Shown here: one piece after another, positions 11,174 to 20,093 of the stretch
Layout of the letters: each line of letters starts with the position of its first letter
Numbering within the stretch: position 1 is the first letter of the stretch
Assembly: GCA_963833985.1 (NCBI GenBank)
Contig: CAWIAD010000001.1
Location: 864,001-928,000 of the forward strand
Direction: 5' to 3'
DNA: 64,000 nt
From: an uncultured Planctomycetaceae bacterium
Lineage (GTDB): Bacteria > Planctomycetota > Planctomycetia > Isosphaerales > Isosphaeraceae
The notes under the pieces: generated by a model
Database searches by the model: none
Seen by the model: the letters and a program-made list of their open reading frames with translations, nothing else
Told to the model about the DNA's origin: nothing
Program-made: the position numbers and the translations under genes

Positions 11174-12200
11174 TCAAGCCTCCGTCGCGGTCTCCTCCAC
11201 CAGCCTGCGCGATTTGCTTGGCGTCAATGCCCTCGGCCTGCGCGGCGAAGGTGGTGATGATGCGGTGCGTCAGGACCGGCACGGCGACTTGCTGGATGTC
11301 TTCCAGGCGGACCATGTAGCTGCCCAGGAGCGCCGCACGCGCCTTGGCACCAAGTATCAGGTACTGCACGGCACGCGGACCGGCGCCCCAGGAGACCAGC
11401 GGCTTGAGCCACGAAGGCGCCGTCGGCGTCCCTGGCCGCGTCTTCCGCGCCAGCCGCGCCGCGTAGGCGTAGATGTGGTCGGGGACAGGTACCCTCCGCA
11501 CCAGGCTCTGGTGCGCGATCACCTCGGCCGGCGTCATCAAATGATCGAGACGGGGCAATGCCTCCCCAGTCGTCGTGCGCGCAATCTGGATCTCCTCGGC
11601 TTCCGAGGGGTAGTCCAGCTCGATCAGGAACATGAATCGGTCGAGCTGGGCCTCGGGTAGAGGATAGGTTCCCTCCTGCTCGATCGGGTTCTGCGTCGCG
11701 AGGACGAGGAACGGCTCATCGAGCGGGAATGCCTTGCCCACCACGGTCACGTTGTGCTCCTGCATCGCCTCGAGCATCGCCGCCTGGGTCTTCGGTGGTG
11801 CCCGGTTGATCTCGTCGGCCAGGACGATGTTGGCGAAGACCGGCCCGGCCACGAACTCGAACTCGCGCTTGCCGCCGGCCATGTCCTGAAGGATGTCGGT
11901 CCCGGTGATGTCCATGGGCATGAGGTCGGGCGTGAACTGGATGCGGCTGAACTTCAGCGACATCGTCTCGGCCAGCTTGCTCACCAGCAGCGTCTTCGCC
12001 AGGCCCGGCACGCCCATCAGCAGCGCATGGCCGCGGCCGAAGAGGCAGATGGCCAGCCGCTCGATCACCTCGTGCTGGCCGACGATCACCCGGCCAATCT
12101 CCGTGCGCAGCCGCGCGTACACCTCGCGCAGGTGATCGATCGCCTGAACGTCGTTGTCGCTCAACCGATCGTGCGGTGTCGCGGTCGCTGACTGCGCCAT
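11174..12200 (-). CDS. MoxR family AAA+ ATPase (C-terminal frameshift ~11205)
   Basis: Walker A GVPGLAKT, RIQFTPDLMP, LADEINR, ATQNPIEQEGTYPLPEAQLDRF. GGGGAG RBS before ATG 12200. Corrected frame ends RLVEETATEA* at 11174. Confidence 0.93.
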
Positions 12201-12830
12201 GAAGCGGCTCCCCAGGTGTGTTCCCCTGGAATAGTGCCCTGAAGCGGCTCGGATATTCCCTTTTTCTTGTGCCGTTGTACTCGGTTCCATCGACAAAAGT
12301 CAAAGGGACTTCGTGACGGGGCCGGCATTGCCGTGGGTCCCCGAACGAAATCGAACTTACAGGGCGGTGATGCTGCTCGCAAGTGGGCTTTGCAAAGCCT
12401 TTTCGCGCAATGCGCAGGGCATCCCGCCGGGCCGGCTGCCGGCAGGCGTCGAGGCACTTCCCGGGATGAAAATAATGCTCCTTGCTCCCAGGGCGGCTCG
12501 GGCGGCGAGCGGCGAAGGCGGAGACGAGGGCCGCTGGAGGTGCAGGTCACCCCTGGTTTTTCCGCCGTGGCCACGCTGGAATACGGATTCGATCGGTGCG
12601 GCGTGCGTACGGATGCCCCGGCGAGCCCTGGGAGGCAGGCGCCACGTTCCAGAGCTCAGGATGAACGCCCTCGCTCACGCCTCGACCACGCAGCGCGCCA
12701 ATGCCTCGACGTCGCCCGAGGACCCGGAGAGGACCGAGACCCCAGGCGCCGGCTTTGGCCTCGTTAGCACGCTCCCGCGCCCGAATAGTCCGGAATGTTC
12801 GCCTGCCCGGACACGAATGAGCAGGACGAG

Positions 12831-12869
12831 GACGCAGAGAGAATCAAGAACTGGACGCGTCCCCGTTTT
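12831..12869 (-). repeat. REP-like dispersed repeat, copy A
   Basis: Reverse complement AAAACGGGGACGCGTCCAGTTCTTGATTCTCTCTGCGTC matches 14214-14252 at 30/39 positions. Confidence 0.6.
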
Positions 12870-13024
12870 ACTTTCCCGGAAGAGATCTGCGGGGTACGAG
12901 TTGTTCCCGTTTTCTCCCCGGATGGCCGTGGATACTTGCCCTTCGATTCCGCGGGAAGGCATCGGTAATCTGAACATAATTGGCCAAAAAAAAATCGACG
13001 ACCATCACAAGAGAGGTAACAATA

Positions 13025-14191
13025 ATGAGTGGTGGTGATCCTTCTGTTGCCGGAGCCGTGCGGTGCAGACGCTTCGTCAGGGTCTTTAAGACCGTGCTCA
13101 CGCTTCCCATGATCCTGTGCGGAAGCCGTGCCACGAAGCTGGCCAAGCAATCGAGCGGAGACTCATGGGTGGGCAAGCGCGTCATCACACAGTTCGGGAC
13201 CCTCCTCCAGGTCGGCGGCCAGGTGGTCGATGACGCAGGCCGCGGCAAACAACTGGCACGGGGCAGGGACAATCAAGTTTTCCGCATCTACAAGGTCGAA
13301 CAGTTGAACGGCCCCTGGCTCTGGCTGGTGGCCGAAGGGTCCGGGGTGAAGGGCTGGGCCCCCGCCGTGAATGTCATCCCCTTTGACCATGCCATCGATT
13401 ACCTCACAAACAGGATCCGCGCGAACCCAGGCGCCACTGCCAACTACCTCTGGCGGGCCCATGTCTGGAGGGCCAGGAAAGAGTACGACATCGCCATCAC
13501 GGATCTCAACGAAGCGATCCGGATCGATCCGGGATTCGCTGCGGCCTACAACAACCGCGGCAACGCCTGGAGAGCCAAGAAGGAGTACGACAAAGCTATT
13601 GCGGATTACAACGAGGCGATCCGAATCGATCCGGGATTCGCTGCGGCCTACTCCAACCGCGGTCTCGCCTGGAGTGACAAGAAGGAGTACGACAAAGCTA
13701 TTGCGGATTACAACGAGGCGATCCGGATCGATCCGGGATTCGCTATAGCCTACTACAACCGCGGTGTGGTCAAATTAATCACCGAGAGGTCCGGGGCTGT
13801 CGAGGATGCTCGACGTACGTATGAGCTGAGCGGGACTAAGGGTGAACTGGCTCCCTATGCCGTCATCGTCGGGTACCTGGGGGCACGCCGTCAGGGCCAC
13901 GACCAGGACGCTCGAACCACGCTCAACCAAGGAGCGAATCTCGACTCCTCCGCCTGGCCCGTGCCGATCGTGCGGTTCTATCGTGGCGAGCTTTCGCGGT
14001 CTGACATGATGGCACCCGCTACCGACAACGACAAGCAGACGGAAGCCCATTGCTTCCTGGGCTATGAGCGATTGCTGGCCGGCGACAGGTCTGCCGCCCG
14101 CCAGCAGTTCGAGTGGGTTCGCGACCACGGGAATCCGCGTTTTACCGAGTACACGATGTCGCTTGCCGAGCTGGAGAAGCTCAGCCGTTAG
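13025..14191 (+). CDS. Tetratricopeptide repeat protein (SH3-like N-domain, NlpI-like C-terminus)
   Basis: GAGAGG RBS before ATG 13025; canonical TPRs AYNNRGNAWRAKKEYDKAIADYNEAIRIDP; C-terminal WPVPIVRFYRG...EAHCFLG...FTEY. Confidence 0.88.
   Translation: MSGGDPSVAGAVRCRRFVRVFKTVLTLPMILCGSRATKLAKQSSGDSWVGKRVITQFGTLLQVGGQVVDDAGRGKQLARGRDNQVFRIYKVEQLNGPWLWLVAEGSGVKGWAPAVNVIPFDHAIDYLTNRIRANPGATANYLWRAHVWRARKEYDIAITDLNEAIRIDPGFAAAYNNRGNAWRAKKEYDKAIADYNEAIRIDPGFAAAYSNRGLAWSDKKEYDKAIADYNEAIRIDPGFAIAYYNRGVVKLITERSGAVEDARRTYELSGTKGELAPYAVIVGYLGARRQGHDQDARTTLNQGANLDSSAWPVPIVRFYRGELSRSDMMAPATDNDKQTEAHCFLGYERLLAGDRSAARQQFEWVRDHGNPRFTEYTMSLAELEKLSR
13507..13764 (+). repeat. Intragenic 102-bp tandem repeat (~2.5 copies) encoding TPR units
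   Basis: Units start at 13507, 13609 and 13711; units 1 and 2 differ at 9 of 102 nt. Confidence 0.92.
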
Positions 14192-14195
14192 ACTA

Positions 14196-14267
14196 GGGAA
14201 CCGAAACGCGATAAAAACAGGGGCGCGAGTCGTTCTCGATTCTCGCTGCGTACCCGTTTCGGTTCCC
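14196..14267. repeat. REP-like dispersed repeat, copy B, with 13-bp terminal inverted repeat
   Basis: GGGAACCGAAACG (14196-14208) and CGTTTCGGTTCCC (14255-14267) enclose the core shared with copies A and C. Confidence 0.65.
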
Positions 14268-14393
14268 CCAGGTTCCCCGCCAAGTTCCATCCGTGACGGA
14301 AAGGAATATCTCAGATGTTCTTATAGCTAGCCGAGACCGCGATACAGTAGATATAAGTGCTCTGCCGGTGTTGGCTCACACCGAGGTTGTGGG

Positions 14394-15416
14394 TCACGCA
14401 GTGGACGAACCCGCCGACAGTTTCCGGCGAATCCAGCGGTAGCCGGTCATGCAGGTGATACCGATACAAAAAAGGCTCAGGGTGGAGGGTTCAGGCACGG
14501 TTCCGAATGAGCCCCCTGGGGCAGACAGGCGGTAGCTGAAGTCGTACTCGGACAGGAGCAGCGTGCCGTTATTCGTGTCGGGCGAAGTGAAGTCGCCGCG
14601 AGTACCGCCGCTGGCGATGATCGTCTGTGTGGCGCCCGCCGGGTCGAAGAGGCTGACTGTGCCGTCGTTGTTGTTGGCGATGACGTAGCCGTTGTAGAGG
14701 CCGCCTGAAATCGCTCCCGTTCCGTCGGGGCTGTGGCTGCTCCCGGCGCTGAATACCAGTGCGTTGGTCGCGATGTTGAATCCCAGGATGCTATTACCGC
14801 CGTTCTCAACGTAGACGGTCTTACCATCGGGCGAGACCGAAACGCCATCAATTCCATTACTTGCGAAGATCAGTCTGCTGGCTCCGGTCAGTGGATTGAT
14901 GTCGTAGACACCGGCCCCGGCACTCCCGACACCCTGCGCGAGCAGGTGGCCAGTGGCCGGGTTTCCCGCAAGGCCGTTGTAGGGCGTAAAACCGCCCGTC
15001 ACGCTGACAGGAGTCAGACCCAGTGAGTTACTGACACGATAGAGTCCACCGGCCACGGCGCGCTGGGTGGCGTAGGTTTGGCCGCCCGCATCGGCAACGT
15101 TGACCGCGTTGGGAAGGGAGACCGAATTCAAGGCGGAACCATATGTCTGGCCGTCGACGTCCACGAATGAACGCAGCAACTCGTGCGAAAAATCGATGAC
15201 CGCCATGGTGCCTTGATTCGGGTTCAAGAGCGGTGCGGCTGCGAGAAACGAGTAATTGCTTCCACCCACCCCGGTGGCGTAAGTCGATAGCTTGAAGCCA
15301 TCGGCGATGCCTTGCGCGGTGAGGGTCAGGCCTCCTGCCTGAGCACGGACCGTCGCGCAAAGGGCGAGGCCGATCAAGGCGGCAATTCGTGAGAGTCGGC
15401 GAGCTTTGCGGACCAT
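14394..15416 (-). CDS. PEP-CTERM sorting domain protein (beta-propeller-like)
   Basis: GAGGAGG RBS and signal peptide; C-terminal VPEPSTLSLFCIGITCMTGYRWIRRK. Confidence 0.92.
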   Translation of the reverse strand: MVRKARRLSRIAALIGLALCATVRAQAGGLTLTAQGIADGFKLSTYATGVGGSNYSFLAAAPLLNPNQGTMAVIDFSHELLRSFVDVDGQTYGSALNSVSLPNAVNVADAGGQTYATQRAVAGGLYRVSNSLGLTPVSVTGGFTPYNGLAGNPATGHLLAQGVGSAGAGVYDINPLTGASRLIFASNGIDGVSVSPDGKTVYVENGGNSILGFNIATNALVFSAGSSHSPDGTGAISGGLYNGYVIANNNDGTVSLFDPAGATQTIIASGGTRGDFTSPDTNNGTLLLSEYDFSYRLSAPGGSFGTVPEPSTLSLFCIGITCMTGYRWIRRKLSAGSSTA

Positions 15417-15648
15417 CTGGCGATCCTCCTCGGGTCGAGATGCGTATCACCGTCGCGGTCGTGAAGGCAGCACGTGACTTGCATGCGTGATTGTGGGGAT
15501 ACTGAGATGCGTAATACGATTGGGTAACAAGCCTTTTTGGAAAAAGCAAGCAGAATTTGAGAACAGGTCAATTGCATTTGTGAAGATTTCACCACCAAGT
15601 GGCAAGTGAGAAACAAGTGAGGCAATCATAAAAAAGATAATATATGGA

Positions 15649-16113
15649 TTACATGGGCGGCTGCTTTGTGAGGGCAAGGCGGCGTCGATACCAGGGGACG
15701 TTGCGATTCTCCTGCGATAACTGGGCAATCTGAGATAGCCGCCGTGATCGTGCTTTCTGTATATGCCTGGCTCGGAGCTGCCGTCCCCGCGGTCGGAGGC
15801 CATAATCCAGGCCCAGGCAGCCTGCGGTCTCGACGCTCCAGGCGCCGGCGCCGTAGGGGCGTCCCGTCTCACCGAACGTCGAGTTCACCCGCTCCAGCCT
15901 CGTGCCGCCCGAGCTCTGCTCGACCGCGCTCATCATGTGGTTGCGATCGTCGGAGTTGAACCTGCACACGTCGCCCCTCGAGAGTTGGAGCTCGCCGATC
16001 GTGATTCCCTCGTTGTCAGACGTGAATGTGTAGCTGCAATCAAAGCTCAGCTCGCTGTCGGCGTTGTCGGTCATCGTGATCACTGCACGAAGAGCCGAGA
16101 GCGGATGAGTCAC
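15649..16113 (-). CDS. Hypothetical protein (possibly a fragment)
   Basis: 154-aa ORF with protein-like N-terminal composition in a lower-GC patch; no recognised motif. Confidence 0.3.
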   Translation of the reverse strand: MTHPLSALRAVITMTDNADSELSFDCSYTFTSDNEGITIGELQLSRGDVCRFNSDDRNHMMSAVEQSSGGTRLERVNSTFGETGRPYGAGAWSVETAGCLGLDYGLRPRGRQLRARHIQKARSRRLSQIAQLSQENRNVPWYRRRLALTKQPPM

Positions 16114-16137
16114 AGAGACCAGATCAGGAACCGGAAC

Positions 16138-16334
16138 GGGGAACCGAAACAGAGACGAACTAAAACAGGGGACGCGATGAGTTCTCGAGTCTAAATAGCT
16201 ACCCGTGGAACGGCCGCCCTCGGCCGTCCTGAGCCAGCCGAGGGCGGCTGGCCCACATTCGAAGAGGCGAGGATATATTTAGCTGCGTCCCTCTTTTCAG
16301 TTCCCTCCCTCTTTTCGGTCCCCGTTTCGGTTCC
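16138..16334. repeat. REP-like repeat copy C containing a nested second palindromic element (16205-16256)
   Basis: GGGGAACCGAAAC...AAAACAGGGGACGCG...GCTGCGTCCCTCTTTT...CCCGTTTCGGTTCC. Internal inverted pair GTGGAACGGCCGCCCTCGGC / GCCGAGGGCGGCTGGCCCAC, 17/20 complementary. Confidence 0.6.
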
Positions 16335-16829
16335 ATGGCCAGCTAACCCGGTGCGTCGTCGCTGCGCTCGACACACCCTGATATGGTTGACGTCGCAAGT
16401 TGCATGTCCGTAGGTACTTACGAAAGGCCATTAATTCTTTAAGATACAGGCGTACCGGAGGGCAGGAAACTTGCCCGAAATCGCGAGGGAGAAGATGGTT
16501 GCGTCGCGGAGACACGTCCGAAACACTGCGAATCTCTCCGCGAGGCAACCATCCCCTCTACAACTGTCACAGACCTCGCGACCCTCTCGCAGCAGGAGCG
16601 GGGAATCTCCGGGCCGGCGCTGGTTCAGCTCAGCGGGGATCCGCGCGAAGACCGTGACGCCCCGGGACGGCTGCGGGTTGATTTGCGTGACGTATTTCGA
16701 CTCCGGGTCCGCGGCGAAGATGCGGGCGAGCGGGATCAGGTCGGGGATCACCGGGCAGACCAGGCCCGGAAGCTGTAACCGTAGGGTGAGTCGAGCGGAG
16801 CGACGACGCACCGTCGGCAAGCCGCAGCC

Positions 16830-16995
16830 CTGAACTCGTAGAGCGCGGACTTTCGTTCGGGCTCCATGATCCCCATCGTGAGCGCCCGGCAATCCATTCC
16901 CTCGCGCTGCCAGCAGCTTGAGGATCTCGCGCGTGCACAAGGCCGGGCCGCCGGCGGGGCCGAGATCGCACTGGATCGAGCGGAAGTGCCCGCGC
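16830..16995 (-). pseudogene. Degenerate N-terminal remnant resembling planctomycete GT4-type glycosyltransferases
   Basis: Frameshift-joined translation FRSIQCDLGPAGGPALCTREILKLLAARGMDCRALTMGIMEPERKSAL. Resembles, from memory, the H-x-Y-x-D-P-x-x-G-A-A-L-C-T-R-E start of such enzymes. No intact ORF. Confidence 0.35.
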
Positions 16996-17650
16996 AGGTG
17001 TCACCAGTGGCCCGGAAGCCGTGGCGCTCCAGGAGGAGATGAAATGGCGTGCTGGTTCGCAAGATCTCCGGCGTTTGCACCGTAGACTGATGATGACGGC
17101 GCACCGCGCCGGCTCCTTGGCATTTCGGTTGTTTGTACGGACCAGCGCACCGCCAGGGGAAAGCCGGGCGGCGCGCCGGCGGCCAGTGCCCTGGCCGTGC
17201 GGTGGGCCTTTGATGCTCTCGACCGCACCCGACCTTACGTGGCCGTCATCACAGCCTTTCGTAAACAAAAACGCACGACGAACCCAATTGAAAACTCAAG
17301 TTTTGCATGGTTAAAGCTATTGCAACATGGGAGTTACGTCCGATGGCTTCGTTGGAATGACGGTGAAAACGAACCCAATGGCGGAGGGCGTGAGCCGACA
17401 CCACCGGCACCGGACGGAGGCGCCCGGGGCAAGGGCCCTATCGAGAGATGGTCAGGGTCGCCTGCTGGAAATCTGGACACGCCGCGGAGCGCGCAAAGGC
17501 TGCCGCGAGCCCTCCGGTGGAAAGCGCAGTCCTGGACGGCATCACGCGTCCGACGCTGAGAACCGTTGCAGGGTCTGGCGGAATCCTTCACCATGGGATC
17601 TCCTCTCCGCGAACCGCCCGCGGCCACGTTGCTGGAGCGAACCGAACGCC

Positions 17651-19411
17651 ATGCTGGATGAACTGCCCCGTCTGCCTGCTTCGGATACCGCGGCGGTCGA
17701 TCACCTGAGGCCACGCCGGCGAACGGTCTTGAAGGCGCTCGTCACGCTCGGAGCAGGGTCGCTGTGCTTCCAGAGAGCCCTTGCGGCGCAGGTGGCCGAA
17801 GCCGGCAAGGTCACGCCCGAGATGATCCGGCAGGCCGAGTGGATCGCCGGGCTGGAACTCACGGAAAAGGAGCGGCAGAGCGCAGCGAAGGAAGTCCAGG
17901 AAAGTCTCGGCCAGTTTCTGGAGCTGCGCAAGGTGAACGTGGGCTACGACGTGCCGCCGGCCCTGGCCTTTCAGCCCTCGCCCGGCTTGCAGCCCGCCCC
18001 GGTCGTGCGGCGAAACCAGGCCAGGCCGGCGGTCACACGCGAGACGGTGCGTCCCGGCTCGGATGAGGAGCTGGCGTTCCTGTCCGTGGCCGAGCTCGGG
18101 GCGCTGATCCGCTCGCGAAAACTGACGTCCACCGAGCTGACGAAGCTTTACCTGCGCAGGCTCAAGCAGTTTGACCCATTGCTGCTGTGTGTTGTGTCGT
18201 TCACCGAAGAGCTGGCGCTGAAGCAGGCCGAGCAGGCCGACAAGGAGATCGCCGCCGGCCATTACCGCGGCCCGCTGCACGGCATTCCCTGGGGCGCCAA
18301 GGACCTGATCTCCTATCCCGGCTACCCCACCACGTGGGGAGCACCGCAGTTCAAGGGAAGGGTGCTGAACGAGAAGGCGACCGTCGCGGCCCGTCTCGAG
18401 GAAGCGGGTGCCGTTCTGGTGGGCAAGCTGACCCTGGGCGCGCTGGCGATGGGCGACCAGTGGTTCGGCGGCAAGACGCGCAGCCCGTGGGACCCGAGGC
18501 GCGGTTCCAGCGGCTCCTCCGCCGGCTCCGCCTCCGCCGTGGCCGCGGGACTGGTGGGGTTCGCGCTGGGGAGCGAAACGCTGGGGAGCATTGTCTCCCC
18601 TTGCCGGGCCTGCGGCGCATCGGGTCTGCGGCCGACCTTCGGCCGCGTGAGCCGCCACGGCTGCATGTCCCTGGCCTGGACGATGGACAAGATCGGCCCC
18701 ATTGCCCGGTCCATCGAGGACTGTGCTCTGGTGCTCGACGCCATTCACGGCCATGACGGCCTGGACGCCACGGCCGTCGATCAGCCCTTCGTCTGGCCGC
18801 CCGGGCGGGAGCTCGGCAAGCTGCGGATCGGCTACGTCGAGGAGCCTCAGCGACCAGCGGACGGGCGTGAGGAGCTGAGAGTCCTCCGGGCATTGGGATT
18901 CGATCTGGTGCCCATCAAGCTGCCCGATCATTACCCGCTGGAGGCGATCACGGTCATGCTTGGCACCGAGGCCGCGGCCGTCTTCGACGAGTTCACGCGG
19001 AACCATGTGACCGAGGGCCTCAATTCCTGGCCGGAGACCTTTCGCCAGGGACAGTTCGTGCCAGCCGTCGAGTACCTTCGCGCTGCGCGGGTACGAACGC
19101 TGCTCATGCGGGAGCTGGCGAAGCTGATGGAGACCGTGGATCTCTACGTCGGCTCACGCAACGACCTGGTGATCACGAACCTGACCGGCCACCCCACGGC
19201 CGTTTTTCCTGGCAGCCTGCGCAACATCAACGGCCGTCCGGGGCCGCGCTCGGTCACCCTCACCGGCCGTTTGTACGACGAATCCACGCTGCTGGCCGTC
19301 GCCTGTGCCTATCAGCAAGCCACCGCCCACCACCTCCAGCGCCCGCCGCTGGAGCGCTTCCTTGCCGAGCAACAGGCCAGGGAGAAGGCGAAGCAGGGGC
19401 CGGAGGCATGA
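17651..19411 (+). CDS. Amidase signature family protein with Tat-like leader
   Basis: GPLHGIPWGAKD, GSSGSSAGSAS, GSETLGSI; RRRTVLKAL leader; likely start ATG 17651. Confidence 0.92.
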   Translation: MLDELPRLPASDTAAVDHLRPRRRTVLKALVTLGAGSLCFQRALAAQVAEAGKVTPEMIRQAEWIAGLELTEKERQSAAKEVQESLGQFLELRKVNVGYDVPPALAFQPSPGLQPAPVVRRNQARPAVTRETVRPGSDEELAFLSVAELGALIRSRKLTSTELTKLYLRRLKQFDPLLLCVVSFTEELALKQAEQADKEIAAGHYRGPLHGIPWGAKDLISYPGYPTTWGAPQFKGRVLNEKATVAARLEEAGAVLVGKLTLGALAMGDQWFGGKTRSPWDPRRGSSGSSAGSASAVAAGLVGFALGSETLGSIVSPCRACGASGLRPTFGRVSRHGCMSLAWTMDKIGPIARSIEDCALVLDAIHGHDGLDATAVDQPFVWPPGRELGKLRIGYVEEPQRPADGREELRVLRALGFDLVPIKLPDHYPLEAITVMLGTEAAAVFDEFTRNHVTEGLNSWPETFRQGQFVPAVEYLRAARVRTLLMRELAKLMETVDLYVGSRNDLVITNLTGHPTAVFPGSLRNINGRPGPRSVTLTGRLYDESTLLAVACAYQQATAHHLQRPPLERFLAEQQAREKAKQGPEA

Positions 19412-19565
19412 GGCTCGCCGTCACCACACGCTTCCCGCAGCGAGAGGAGCAGGCCTATACTGAAAGGCAGACAGAGACCACGGCGGTGAACCGCGGAGCC
19501 ACGGACAACGCATCCGCCACCCGCCCAGGGGTTCCCACTGGCCGCACTCCGGAAGGAGTTTGGAG

Positions 19566-20060
19566 ATGTCCGCCGCGATCCATCCCGACGCAACCGACGT
19601 GGTCGTGATGACGGCCGATGCGAAGGCCGCCTCCGCCCTGTCGCGCAGGCTCTCCGAACTGGGGCATGTCGAGCCGGTGCAGGGGCATCCGGGGTTCCTC
19701 GTGGTCTCGCCCACGCGGCAGGAGGCCGATCCCGCCGGACAGTTGCGCAAGGCGATCGCGGGGTTGGACGCCGACGTCCGGGTGGAGCCCCTGCTGCGCG
19801 ACGAGCACGGCAATGCCCTGGTGCCGACGGGCAAGGTGACCGTCCGCTTCAAGTCCGAGCCCTCCGCCGAGGACCTGCGCCGCTTTGCCGGCCCGCTGGG
19901 GCTCTCGGTGGATGCCCGCAACAAATATGTCCCCAGCCAGGTCTCTTTTCGCATCCCCGGCGGCGATCCGGTCAGTCTCGTCGTGGAGCGGATCCAGCAG
20001 CAGGACGACCGGGTCTTGCAAGCCTGGCCCGAGACCCTCGGCCTCTACCGTCGCGCTTGA
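19566..20060 (+). CDS. Stand-alone subtilase propeptide-like protein
   Basis: C-terminal half aligns by eye with the N-terminal prodomain of the downstream S8 peptidase. Confidence 0.7.
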   Translation: MSAAIHPDATDVVVMTADAKAASALSRRLSELGHVEPVQGHPGFLVVSPTRQEADPAGQLRKAIAGLDADVRVEPLLRDEHGNALVPTGKVTVRFKSEPSAEDLRRFAGPLGLSVDARNKYVPSQVSFRIPGGDPVSLVVERIQQQDDRVLQAWPETLGLYRRA

Positions 20061-20093
20061 TCTTGCACGGTTCTCTCCAGGTCGATCCCAGCG

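Noticed and set aside
13507..13764. Complete diversity-generating retroelement
   Set aside because: No reverse transcriptase or separate template repeat in the window; some differences are at non-adenine positions.
12831..16334. Integron attC cassette array
   Set aside because: No integron integrase, no RYYYAAC/GTTRRRY boxes, and the genes are in mixed orientation.
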